A DNA stretch of 61,362 nt, filler included, from Globobulimina sp. (GCA_003354225.1; 20 parts of 20 records of this genome joined end to end with filler, not necessarily neighbours in it), one strand, 5' to 3'. Numbered from the whole stretch's first letter, positions 46,117-57,463 are shown. The notes: generated by a model from the sequence alone, not told the origin. Numbers and translations are program-made.

Positions 46117-46163
46117 CAATCACAAAAGAAGTTTTTAGAAGTTTAAGCCTAAAAAGTCAAATG
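46117..46163 (+). repeat. Interspersed repeat, with a second copy at 55390-55445 on another contig
   Basis: caatcacaaaagaagt(t/g)ttta(g/c)aagtttaagcctaaaaagtca is shared. Both copies lie near contig ends. Confidence 0.85.
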
Positions 46164-46518
46164 GCTTTCAGTTGATGATAGTAGCAACAATATATCATTT
46201 AATTTTTTTGTTTTGACGTCAACTCTTTTTTGTTTTTACTCTTTCTATTCTTTGTGCGTACGTTTATGACAATAATTGAATGTCTTAAAAGTTAAAAAAC
46301 TCAATCATTCAGACTACAATCTTAGTATCTTACTGCATGTTTCAGTAATCCGAAATTAACAAGCTCCACCCTCCACTTCTTTAGCAGTTTCACAGAAAAA
46401 CTTCTTCACTAAGATCCTCTGCCAGTGGTGGGTGCAAGGATTATTAATAAATCGACGTAACCTTCGAGATGATATTAAAACTACGATAAGAATTTTAACT
46501 GTATTTAACATATTAAAC

Positions 46519-47264
46519 ATTATAACATATGTACTTAACTGACTAACATGTTTTTTTTTTTTTTTACAGGATGTGTTCGTCTTTTTACTTTTAGAACCCA
46601 GCCCTTCCTAACAATTAGCAGAAAGCAATGGAACAAAATAGATGAATTAATCAAGGCACAATGGATAGAATACAATTAAACAATGCCATCAAAACGCAGG
46701 CATTTGTAATATCATTCTTTTGGATTATGTGTAGTATCTTGCTGCAATGGACCAAGATAAATACCATATGCTTCCGGATCAGATTGTGTTGCTTCTTCTA
46801 TGCATATTTGCCGGAGCCTGGTCCATATCATTGATTGCATTGTAATGTCCACCATTTTGTGTATGTTCATCCGCTCCAATATGAGTGATATGATCCTGTC
46901 ACGTCTTATTATTCGCATTGAAATAATATCCCGATCGCTGTCTCCAATCTCCATGATCACTATACGGTGAATATTTATGGTAGGCATCTGGATGTTGTAA
47001 AGCAAAGCAATGGAATGAAACGTATGATCGATTGTATATTGTGTGGTGTTTATGTTTGGTGTTTATGTTTGTGTTTACATACATTCTTTTGTGTGTAGTC
47101 TGTATAGATCTTATGTGTGGTGTTAATTAATTCATTTCTGTCAATGTGTATTTCATTGATGCTAGTTCATACTACATAGGGCTAGGTTCTCAAAGTAAGA
47201 AGACGAACACATCCTGTAAAAAAAAACAAAAACACGTTAGTCAGTTAAGTACATATGTTATAAT
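46519..47264. mobile_element. Element bounded by about 87-bp inverted repeats that each contain a branch point, poly-T tract and CAG
   Basis: 46519-46605 is the near-exact reverse complement of 47178-47264. About 570 bp lie between the arms. Confidence 0.75.
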
Positions 47265-47445
47265 ACAAAAATATTAAACACTGAAACACATCTTATATAA
47301 CTAAAAAATACTAAGACATCATCACTCAGTCCATTGCGGTATCACTTTGCATTCCTTTATAATTTATATCTTCTTCTGTCACTCTTCCTTTTAGCCTCAT
47401 CTTATAAATTCAGTATTTAGCACAGCAAAAATAAAAATATACACG

Positions 47446-48598
47446 TCACCAAACTGGAGGTATTTCAATTTCCATCGTATGAGTTGCCACTGGCGATGGC
47501 GCATAACAGCCACTTGTTGGTGTCCGTGCTGTCGTTGTATGAACTGTTAAATTATTGGTTGATAATTTTGATTTGCTTTTACTTCTCGACTTTGAAGCAG
47601 CAACGTCCTTAATCGATTGGGTCGACCCCCAAATAAATGCATTACCAATACCAATGCACGCTAATCTACAAATTGATATATTATATTTCTATACAGAATA
47701 TAATGTACAAACTAATCAAACAACGTACACATACGAAATATGATGAAACCACACCGTAGCTGGATGTGCCGGCTTTTGTGATAAAATACTGTGAACACGT
47801 AGCGATAATGGAAATGACCATGTAACTACAAATACGATGGTATATGCTGCCAAACGTAGCGACTATACAGTATACAATATATAATATATGTTATTTGTAG
47901 GATTATACAAAAGTGAAAAACGATTTGTGTTTGTATACACATACCGTGGATGCATGTTGAATCTTATTTCTTTTTCTTTGAATAAATGTAAACATTAATA
48001 ATGCAACACATAAAAGTACATAGATCATTGCAGGCAAATATAGACATAATTGATAGAGTTTTGGCGTAATCCAACATTCAAATGGTTTGAGGCCGAATGC
48101 TTCCTCCGGGTTTTTGACATAACCATAAGCATCGCCACATAACGGCACTATGCATAATATCACCGATACGCCCCATGCGAATAAATGATGATAAACAATT
48201 TCTCGCTCAAAGACATGGATGGGAGTGGCTCGTAACATACGCATTAAACAAACAGCAATCACAAAATTCCACGATGCTGAAGCCGTTAAAAAAAATTGAA
48301 AGAACATTCCTGTGATTTCGCAGGCTGGATGTTGCCATCCTGCATTCCACCCACCATCAAAAGCTAATGGTAGCCATGAAAATGCAATCCATCCTTGTTG
48401 GGCTACATCGCATACACTCATATATAAAACGTGATTGATTATAAATAGTGGGCGAGCTTTGGATGCGCCGCCTGGTGATTTTTTCATTGAACGACGGATA
48501 CACACTGCACCGTGGATAATGTAAGCCGCACCAAAAACAGATATAAAGGCTAATCCGCTGGTTAGTCCACCAAGCACTTGATAACTGCCCTTTGACAT
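47446..48598 (-). CDS. cAMP-receptor-like (CAR/GCR1-type) GPCR (introns 47863-47944, 47666-47734)
   Basis: YMSVCD, CEITGMFFQFFLTASASWNFVIA and ECWI motifs. Spliced exons supply TM6 (RLAAYTIVFVVTW) and TM7 (GIGNAFIWG). Confidence 0.85.
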
Positions 48599-48778
48599 AT
48601 TAATATGTGGCTAACTTCTTTTTTTTTAATTGCGTCGGAACTGAACTTCTTTTTTTTTGATTTATAATAAAAGAGTTAGAGTAACTTGAGCTGCCAAGTC
48701 AGTTCTGTACTTTCATTGAATTGTTTTGATTATTAAGCCTCAACTTAAAAACTTCTCAACTATAAAACTTCAGGCGAG

Positions 48779-49080
48779 ATGAAAAACAGAACTGTAGACA
48801 ATGGTTTATCTATATATGGATGGGTAAGATTAGCAATTACATTTATCTGCATTAAGATTATTCATTCATTGTTTAATTCATTAGAATTTGTAGAATGCAG
48901 CAACAAAACATTATTTACGAATTATTTAATTATATTATTATTGTGGATCCTTGCATCTGTCTCAATGTATCGAATTAGCAAAAATGTGACTATATTTTTC
49001 AATGTATTCATGATAATTTGCATCGTTTCGTATTTTATTGGTTGGAATTCAATTTATGATAAATTGATTAAAATTACACA
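48779..49080 (+). CDS. Membrane protein N-terminal fragment
   Basis: Three hydrophobic segments; the frame is open into the linker. Confidence 0.5.
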
Positions 49081-49312
49081 NNNNNNNNNNNNNNNNNNNN
49101 NNNNNNNNNNNNNNNNNNNNNNNNTTAATTAATTAANNNNNNNNNNNNNNNNNNNNNNNNNNNNNNNNNNNNNNNNNNNNTTGATGAGTATTGATGTACA
49201 GAAATAATACATAAAACACAATGCAAACTTTGACTGCCTTATATTTTTCAATTTTTTTTCTCCTTGAATCTTGAATATTTTCCAAATTTTGATAAATAAT
49301 ATGTTTGACCGT

Positions 49313-49477
49313 CTAGGATAAAACATGTTATTGTGCAGATAAATGCTGTCTAGGATATATCCTAGTTTGTGCAGTTTATCCTAGTCTGACTAGGATGATC
49401 CTAGTTTGGTGTCATTATCTGCACAATAACAGGTTTTATCCTAGTCGACTAGGATAAAAACATCGATTGTGCAGATA
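49313..49477. mobile_element. MITE/foldback-like element with 30-bp inverted repeats and internal CTAGGAT palindromes
   Basis: 49313-49342 matches the reverse complement of 49415-49444 at 29/30. A third diverged copy at 49449-49477 abuts through tatcctag-tcga-ctaggata. Confidence 0.75.
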
Positions 49478-49622
49478 TTATCGATATTTTTAACACATTA
49501 CACAGTTGACACAAAATCATTAAAACATCCTGACACAAAATTTAGATATTAATCACGTATATGTCTGTACAAATACAAACTGTGTATATCTGTTGAAACC
49601 TCTCACGTTTAAATACAAGTTA

Positions 49623-51440
49623 CTATTCTTCCATATCAGCATAGGGCATATCAACAATGGCAGTCATAAATGGAAAATGTGTCTTTTTACTCTTATTATT
49701 ATTTGATTGGATATCATTAATAAGAGCGAATTTGATTGGATCAGAATTGCCATTCGCTTCAATACATTTCACTTTGATATCATAGATATAATTTTGATTC
49801 GGTACTAATAATGGTATTTTTAATATTGCTCGATTTATTTTATAAAATGTATCATTAAACATGACAATCAGAGCAATAAATGAGATATGAACTTTTCCCA
49901 TATTTTTTAATGTAATTTGCAACGTAAACCATGGTCCTAAGCCTATAACTTTTACATTTAACAAGATATTACTATTATTATTCATACATCCCGCACCATT
50001 TTTTTTTAATGTATTGATATATCGATTATTGATTTTTAGCCGGAATTTAACAATTTCTTGCTGCCAAATCTTATGCATACTTTCTGCATTTTCTTTTTCA
50101 CGGTTTTCTTGATCTAAATACAATTGTGTTATGGCAGGCAAATTTAAGGGGATGTCTTGATCAGCAACACTATGCTTTTTATTTTCGCTGCGAATTTTAC
50201 TCAAATCACACCTTCGAGACATAATTTTTATATTTAAACATCCTGCGAGATTTAAAATAATTAACGTACATTCTTCACGTCCGTATTTACCAAATTTCAA
50301 TGCAGTGATCGGAGACTCATTCAATTCCAATAAATACAGTAAAACGTTATCTCTGTACATTGCAACGTTTCCGTTTTGAAAACCAATCAAAAATATATTT
50401 TCACCTTGAAATTTATTACCAATCATCGCTTCAATTGCGGTGATATTATGTTTAAAATACAACGACCATAACTTAACATTATTTCCTTTGATGTGATACG
50501 AATACAATGTTTTATTCAAACAAGAAACAATAATGCTTTTATTAAATGCAGTCATTGCAGTTATATTTGATTCTAATTCGATATTATTGCCTAATAACTT
50601 GCCATTGCGTATCGTGTATATCTTACTGGCTCTCGTGGCAATAATTAAGCGATAATCAATGGATAGCAACCCAATTACGGAGAGAATAAAGGGCACCGAT
50701 GGTATTCTGATGGTTTTTTTAATTAAAGCACCGGCTGAATCTAAAAATATAATGTCGTTATTTTCTGTTCCAATAATTAAGGAAGAAACTGAATTACTTT
50801 GAGCTTCTTCTTTTTTTATTGAGGTCATACAAGTAATGCATGTATTCATTATTAATTCCGATGGTTTATACGATTCGATGTATTTTAATTGTTCTACTCG
50901 ATCGTTGATGGACAGTATAAACATTGTACGAAAGGTTAATAACTCATTATCAAAATGCAGTTTTTTTAATAAATTTAGAGTTTCTTCAATAGAAATATCA
51001 TCACAGCGGCATGAATTCCAAATATTTAATTCTGAAGAATTTAGCGGAATTGTCGGCAATGAAAATTTAAAATATGGTCGCATCGATCTGTAAATGTAAA
51101 CATTAGAACCTGTTGCTACGCCAACTGCAGGTAATGAGGAGGATATGTTTGATGGATAGAATACGGATAAACATGATGCATGATCTAAGAGCTTGTGTGA
51201 TGAAATTAAATTCATTCCACGAAAGACCTTCAGTCGTTTTGAATCATCTACAACTAATAAGGCATGATTTCCATCATTGGTAATATCTACAGTTGCAATA
51301 CGTGATGAGGTGGCTCGTAGATGGGCCATGGGATCGTACCAGGCATGCAGCCATGGACCGGATGAGGATGATATCTCTTGTAAGCGTGCTGGTGGAGAGG
51401 CTGCCTGGTTCATAATATCCCTTTCTTTCCGGTCATCCAT
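49623..51440 (-). CDS. BBS1: Bardet-Biedl syndrome 1 protein (BBSome subunit)
   Basis: WLHAWYDP, RLKVFRG, IYRSMRPYFKFSLP, LIIGTE, FGKYGREE, QDIPLNLP, GLGPWF, PLLVP; full-length and intronless. Confidence 0.96.
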   Translation of the reverse strand: MDDRKERDIMNQAASPPARLQEISSSSGPWLHAWYDPMAHLRATSSRIATVDITNDGNHALLVVDDSKRLKVFRGMNLISSHKLLDHASCLSVFYPSNISSSLPAVGVATGSNVYIYRSMRPYFKFSLPTIPLNSSELNIWNSCRCDDISIEETLNLLKKLHFDNELLTFRTMFILSINDRVEQLKYIESYKPSELIMNTCITCMTSIKKEEAQSNSVSSLIIGTENNDIIFLDSAGALIKKTIRIPSVPFILSVIGLLSIDYRLIIATRASKIYTIRNGKLLGNNIELESNITAMTAFNKSIIVSCLNKTLYSYHIKGNNVKLWSLYFKHNITAIEAMIGNKFQGENIFLIGFQNGNVAMYRDNVLLYLLELNESPITALKFGKYGREECTLIILNLAGCLNIKIMSRRCDLSKIRSENKKHSVADQDIPLNLPAITQLYLDQENREKENAESMHKIWQQEIVKFRLKINNRYINTLKKNGAGCMNNNSNILLNVKVIGLGPWFTLQITLKNMGKVHISFIALIVMFNDTFYKINRAILKIPLLVPNQNYIYDIKVKCIEANGNSDPIKFALINDIQSNNNKSKKTHFPFMTAIVDMPYADMEE

Positions 51441-51573
51441 GATTCTGTTAATTGATTCAAAACAATTTTGTGATTTTGTCTTATGTATCCAAATATTATA
51501 TATTCGATTTGTGCATCAACTGTTGACATTCAAGCACCCAAAATTGTAGTAATTACAGCTGCATTCCTTAACC

Positions 51574-52151
51574 ATGTCAACGACAGCAACAACTGATACA
51601 TTTAGTCATTTATCAAAACAAGAGTTGTTCATTGAAGATTGTCCAGCATTAAAATTACCACACAAAATAAATCAATTTGTACCTTTTTCAGCAAAACTAA
51701 AGAGCAGAAAAGGAATAGCACTGACAGAAAATAACGAATGTGCATCAAAATTAAAATATCCACGCAAATCGTGGGTCATCAGTGATATTGATCCAGTTCA
51801 TCATGGTATACATTGTTGGAGAATATTAGTTAATATCTACAAATATGCATTGCAAGTTCCAACATGTGTTACCTATATAGGTTGATAATCCATGTCAAGG
51901 ATTTATTCGATTTGGAGTAGCCTCAAAAAGAGCATTTAATGAGAATACAGTGTATGGGATTGGTTATGGTACCAAATTAAATAGAAATAGTTGGAGGCCC
52001 ACTGGTCATATACACCAAAGAAATACGATTAATTTAAAACATTTCGCACAAAAAACATGTGCAGTTGATATGTTATTGAATGCTGATGAGGGAACATTAA
52101 AATTATGTGTTGTTGGAATGTGTAATGATAAAAATCAAGCAAAAATATGGG
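51574..52151 (+). CDS. SPRY/B30.2-like domain protein, 3'-truncated (intron 51829-51880)
   Basis: GIHCWRIL-VDN...IRFGVAS...VDMLLNADEGTLKL after splicing. Confidence 0.6.
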
Positions 52152-52447
52152 NNNNNNNNNNNNNNNNNNNNNNNNNNNNNNNNNNNNNNNNNNNNTTAAT
52201 TAATTAANNNNNNNNNNNNNNNNNNNNNNNNNNNNNNNNNNNNNNNNNNNNGGTGAGGAGTGGGATGAGTACTTTTAATTAATCCACGCTCCCAGCAGGC
52301 AATTGACTAAGTGCTTTTTAAGTTGTTAAGTATTAGTAGCTAAGAAAAAGTTAGTTGGCACTAGTCAATTCTTTTTGCTGAATAAAAGAAGTTAAAAAAC
52401 CTTCTCACATTTTAATTGGAAACATTTCACAACTTTAACAAACAACA

Positions 52448-54523
52448 ATGAATCAATCCTATCAACATGAAAAAATCGAAGCTGTTGACCCATCCGAAGC
52501 AAATTACAGATTTGATACATTTGACGAAAAAGCAAAACAACATTTACATGAACAAGGATTTATTGTAATTAAAAGTGTATTACGAGAGAAAGAAATAATT
52601 TATGCCAAATCGTTATTATGGAATTATTTATCAGATTTAGGATGGAAACGAAATAACCCAAAGACATGGAACACGCATGTTATCAATGCAAAAGGTATAA
52701 TTTGGGCAGGTGCAGGACAGAGTAAATTGCAATGGTTCCTACGAAGCAGGCCCCGTATTATTAAAACATTTGCAGATGTTTGGTCAGCACAAGATATTTA
52801 TGCGAAACAAGGCATTATATTTGACTATAAACGAGATATTTTAACCTCAATGGACGGGTTTTCCGTATTTCGGCCATGGTATTTAAAGAATATCCCACAA
52901 GCATCGACATGGCGGACACAGAGTGGATGGTATCATATTGATCAAAATATCGCGAGATCCCCAGATATTGAAACTATTCAAGGTATTGTTACTTTATATG
53001 ACGAGGATAAGTCAACCGGATCGACCGTATTTGTACCTGGCTCACATAAGTGGGTAAACAAATTATTACCGAATTTGAGTGCTTATAAAGGAGATTTTGT
53101 GATGATACCACCCAAGAAATTGGCTGCTATGCATAAAAAAAAGATATTATTATGTTGTCGCGCCGGTGATTTGTTATTGTGGGATGCGAGATGTATTCAT
53201 TGTAATTCGCCTGCAATTATATCCACACAAGAAATGCGAAGAGTTCATGCCACAAAATTACAACAAAAATCTACAGAACATTATCAAGAAAAAAATGAAG
53301 AAAAAAATGAAGAAAAAAGTGTGAACATTAATAAAACCGAAAGGGATTTTATACAAAGTATGAACAGAAAGTATTTAAAACCTAAAATTAGCAAAACTTT
53401 GCATGGAATGAAGAATAAAATAGTATATAATGGGTATAGCGCAGATGTTATATTATGGGAGAATTTTAATGAAAAGTTATTTACGAACAATAAATCGTAT
53501 TTAATTTGCTTACCATGGAATACATCCATTTTATGGATACCTAAATGGATCGACAAAACCACTGGCAATAATTTGAAAAAAGTAATCATTGAAAAAATAA
53601 AGTTCCAGCAACCAACGCTTCGATTTGATGTTAAAAATAAAAATGGAGAAATTATCGGAGTTAAACAAGTGAAACAAAATCGTAAAACAGCATGGATTTG
53701 TAACAATTTTAATCAATGTGTACAGAACCGTGGAGATACAGATGTTTTACCTGCCATTGAGTTGGAAGAATGGTCCGACTGTTTACTAAAACATGCCTCT
53801 GATACCGCTGCAAACAAATTCAATGCCATGTTACTGATTCAATATTTAAATGGTAGCAACAGTATCAGTTTACATTCAGATAATGATTATGGACTGGGCC
53901 TAGATCCAACGATCGGATCGTTATCTTTAGGCCAGAAACGAACATTTTTTATAAAGTCCAAGCAAATTTATCATGAAAGCGGCACGAAAATTGAGATTCG
54001 AATACCATTAATTCATGGCTCATTTGTTTTGATGGACGCATTGTTTCAGAATTTTTGGTTACATTCCATACCAAAAGAAAAAGAAATGAGTGGGGAGAGA
54101 ATAAATATAACATTTAGAAAATATGCATTGGAGAGAGATGAAGTTAAAAAAGATGTGCTGGATGTTTTGGACGTGGATAATATTAATATTCCATCTGTAT
54201 TAAGGGGCGCATCGTTTATTTGTATGACACCGAAATTAAAAGTAAAATCAAAAGATATTATAAGACAAAGAATTGCGGCGTACGAGACATTATCGACATG
54301 TTCGCATTGGCCACATAAATGTCACATTTTATATAAACCGAGGAATATAAATAAAGGATTGCATATAAATGATGTGACGGATGAGTTAATTAAGAGTTTG
54401 ATTGGAGTGGATATGTTAGCGGATAAGAAATATGACCATCTTAATGGTAAACAACCAATAAATGATACATATAAATGGAAAAAAAATAAATATAAAAAAA
54501 CTAAAAAATCTAAATACATTTGA
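52448..54523 (+). CDS. Double 2OG/Fe(II) dioxygenase: PhyH-like domain with a nested AlkB (ALKBH2/3-like) domain
   Basis: PhyH part: EQGFIVIK, WYHIDQ, PGSH, AGDLLLWDARCIHCN, resuming at LRGASFICMTP...CSHWPH. AlkB part: YLNGSNSISLHSD...IGSLSLG...HGS...WLHSIPK...RINITFR. Confidence 0.88.
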   Translation: MNQSYQHEKIEAVDPSEANYRFDTFDEKAKQHLHEQGFIVIKSVLREKEIIYAKSLLWNYLSDLGWKRNNPKTWNTHVINAKGIIWAGAGQSKLQWFLRSRPRIIKTFADVWSAQDIYAKQGIIFDYKRDILTSMDGFSVFRPWYLKNIPQASTWRTQSGWYHIDQNIARSPDIETIQGIVTLYDEDKSTGSTVFVPGSHKWVNKLLPNLSAYKGDFVMIPPKKLAAMHKKKILLCCRAGDLLLWDARCIHCNSPAIISTQEMRRVHATKLQQKSTEHYQEKNEEKNEEKSVNINKTERDFIQSMNRKYLKPKISKTLHGMKNKIVYNGYSADVILWENFNEKLFTNNKSYLICLPWNTSILWIPKWIDKTTGNNLKKVIIEKIKFQQPTLRFDVKNKNGEIIGVKQVKQNRKTAWICNNFNQCVQNRGDTDVLPAIELEEWSDCLLKHASDTAANKFNAMLLIQYLNGSNSISLHSDNDYGLGLDPTIGSLSLGQKRTFFIKSKQIYHESGTKIEIRIPLIHGSFVLMDALFQNFWLHSIPKEKEMSGERINITFRKYALERDEVKKDVLDVLDVDNINIPSVLRGASFICMTPKLKVKSKDIIRQRIAAYETLSTCSHWPHKCHILYKPRNINKGLHINDVTDELIKSLIGVDMLADKKYDHLNGKQPINDTYKWKKNKYKKTKKSKYI

Positions 54524-54574
54524 AGAAAAATATTAAATTTGAAAGCTGTTTTTTTTTCATCAACAAAATATACC

Positions 54575-55222
54575 ATGGCACGTGCTTCAGATTGCGTCAA
54601 AGTCGCGATACGAGTTTAGTAACACGATCCTATTCATAGCCAAAGCACAAAACAACATATAACCCTCTTAAAGGTGCGTCCATTGATCGGCGTTGAAATC
54701 GCCAAAGGTGACAACGAATGCGTCGTCTCGTACCCCCAACAAGACAGAGCGCCGCAAATCCAAATCGGTGGCGACAAATGTTTCACGTTCGACTACCTAT
54801 TCAGCGATACTTCGCAACAAAAGCAAGTGTACGACACCGCCATCAAACCCTTAGTCCACTCCTTCCTCGAAGGCTACAACGCCACCGTCATCGCCTACGG
54901 CCAAACCGGCTCCGGCAAAACCTACACGATGGGCACGTTGGGCTGCGACGATGCCAAATTGCAGGAAGAATGGGGCGTCATTCCATCCGCCATCCACGAC
55001 ATCTTCAACACACTCAACAATAACCACAACAACGACAACAACGACGATTACAAAATCCAGTGCTCCTTCATCGAGATCTACAACGAAGAGATCAAGGACT
55101 TATTGGATCCGCGCACTGCCAAATCCATGCAAATTCGCGAAAATGTGGGCGGGCCCTCAAAAATCCATATCCCTAATATGAAATTGGAAGTGGTGCAGAA
55201 TTCCATGGACTTGGCAGAGGCT
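54575..55222 (+). CDS. Kinesin motor domain, kinesin-4 (KIF4/21/27)-like, 3'-truncated (intron 54614-54673)
   Basis: DCVKVAIR-VRPL, FTFD, EGYNATVIAYGQTGSGKTYTMG, SFIEIYNEEIKDLL. Confidence 0.93.
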
Positions 55223-55634
55223 NNNNNNNNNNNNNNNNNNNNNNNNNNNNNNNNNNNNNNNNNNNNTTAATTAATTAANNNNNNNNNNNNNNNNNNNNNN
55301 NNNNNNNNNNNNNNNNNNNNNNACTTTGAATACTAGGTCAACTTCGAATACTAGGTTGAAAACCACTCTAGCTAACCCAAAAACATTGCCAATCACAAAA
55401 GAAGTGTTTACAAGTTTAAGCCTAAAAAGTCATAAAAGTCAAATGTGTTAAAATATTAAAAGAGAATTCCATTCAATTTTTAAATGGAGAAATAAATTTC
55501 AAATATTCCATCAGGCAGTGCATGCAATTTCGGAAAAATAGAAATCCTGCACTGTGCGTGCTATGTGGGTCATTTTGCATTGCGTGCAATTTTTAAATTC
55601 AACATAAAAAATTAAAAATGATCAAAAAAGTTAT

Positions 55635-56102
55635 TTATACTTCAGCAATTTGCTTCGTTTCTGGGTTTGCTTCGAACTGTTTCTTTTTGTTACAACAGCC
55701 ATTCACAGGAATACAACAACAAATACTATAAATTATTCCTGCTAAAAAGCTAAACGCCAATGAATCACCCATATCTCCACCATCATGAAATCGGTCACAC
55801 CAATACACTCCTACACCCAATGTGAGAATGGCTGAAATAATTACTAACTTTGATACTTTCTTGCGAATTGACACCAAAGCAAGTAATGATGCAATGCAAT
55901 TTATTATCAATGTCACTAAGATAGCAACATATGCTTTATCTCTTTTTCTGTTATATGATCTGCTGCCAATCCATCCGCATCGCTGTACCAATATTTAACA
56001 ATTGGGGAAATTTCATTGGCATAAATGCTATACAATTGTAAGATAATTCCGATTGTAACCATTGAAACACGGACATAATAGCAACAAGACTGTGTTTTTC
56101 AT
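55635..56102 (-). pseudogene. Small tetraspan-like membrane protein gene with apparent 5' frameshifts
   Basis: Three TM segments in ORF 55635..55991. Upstream hydrophobic segments lie in other frames. Confidence 0.35.
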
Positions 56103-56449
56103 TTGTTTGTATTTATTATTGATTTCATGTCTAAGCAAACAAAAAATAGACCATTTGAACATACGTTGCCTGAATTCTTGTTTTGTGATTGTCTGTCCAT
56201 TATAATATTTGGACTAAAATGTTAATTCAAGTTAATTTGTAATGTTACAATTAAATTATCGATGAAGGAGTGCAAAATAAGATGAAAGTCCGATCAACAA
56301 AGTGCGAATTACCGGCAATATTAATTATTGAAAACTTGATTTTCCAGCTGCACTGCAGACAAATTGTTGATTCTTAACTCCATCAGAATTCTTTTTTCAC
56401 CAACTGACAAAGATGTGAACTAGGTTTTTTTTCTTAGTAAATCTCGACA

Positions 56450-57295
56450 ATGGAGCAGGATCAAAAAGATTTATTGCTTGTATCATCTGAAATAGCACAA
56501 TCATTAAATCCACCATCTATTGATGCTGTGGAAATGCATGAGATATCATCCAATATATATGTTGATGATAAACAAAAAGAAGAAATCGGAGTTATTGCGG
56601 AGAGAGAAATAAGTTTCAACAAATTTGCATTTGTATTAAAAATTAAACGAACCGTTTTGATCGTATGCTATTTAATATTATTTGTTGTGGAATTAATATA
56701 TTTTCGATATTTTGCGTATTGGTTTATATGTCCGTTATTATTATGTTTGAGTTGGATTTTCTTATTAGCATTGAATACCAATTTATATCAATATTTACAT
56801 CAACGAACATTAATGAGATTGCTATTTGTTTCATCCTTATCCATTTTGAATATATTGACTGTTGTCTCATTAATTATTGTTTATTCATTAAACTTTGGTC
56901 AAATGGATCATTTTGATCATAGTCGAGATTACAACTTTAAAATATTGCTCTCATTCAATATATTATCACTATTCTGCTCCTTTTGTATGGATATAAATAT
57001 TGTGGATTATGTTAATATTAATAGGGAATGCATGGTGTATGCATATAAAATTATATTTATTGGCTGCATAAATACTGAAAAATATTCAATCCAGGAAATA
57101 AATGGTGATTGGATTGCAATTCGATATAAATTCCAGCATCCATTTCAATTGCAAATGGATGAACCAATAAATAGAATACACCCAATCGGTGTATGGCAAC
57201 GTTTAATTATTATTTTTTTCATGATTGGAACACTTGGAAGTCTTATATTTACCATCAACGGTATACAAGAAATGCAGCCGTATATTTTGCACTAA
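56450..57295 (+). CDS. Multi-pass membrane protein of unknown function
   Basis: 281-aa ORF with about five hydrophobic segments. Confidence 0.55.
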   Translation: MEQDQKDLLLVSSEIAQSLNPPSIDAVEMHEISSNIYVDDKQKEEIGVIAEREISFNKFAFVLKIKRTVLIVCYLILFVVELIYFRYFAYWFICPLLLCLSWIFLLALNTNLYQYLHQRTLMRLLFVSSLSILNILTVVSLIIVYSLNFGQMDHFDHSRDYNFKILLSFNILSLFCSFCMDINIVDYVNINRECMVYAYKIIFIGCINTEKYSIQEINGDWIAIRYKFQHPFQLQMDEPINRIHPIGVWQRLIIIFFMIGTLGSLIFTINGIQEMQPYILH

Positions 57296-57362
57296 TCAAA
57301 TGTATTTGTTTTGTTTTTTTTATACTTTGATGCGAGTATTTAGATTATTTACGAAGTAGATA

Positions 57363-57463
57363 TTAGAATAGGACGTGCTCGGAACACCTCGTTTTTAATT
57401 AATTAAAAATTCGCACATTCGTTGGAGCTTAATTGGCAGTGTTTCTAACACGTCCTATTCTAA
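57363..57463. mobile_element. 101-bp MITE-like element
   Basis: ttagaataggacgtg / cacgtcctattctaa is a perfect 15-bp inverted repeat extending imperfectly to about 25 bp. Confidence 0.7.

Noticed and set aside
46700-47084. Stop-codon reassignment suggested by TGA-interrupted frames here and at 24600-24800
   Set aside because: Conserved genes in the window end in TAA, TAG and TGA and have no internal stops, so decay is more likely.
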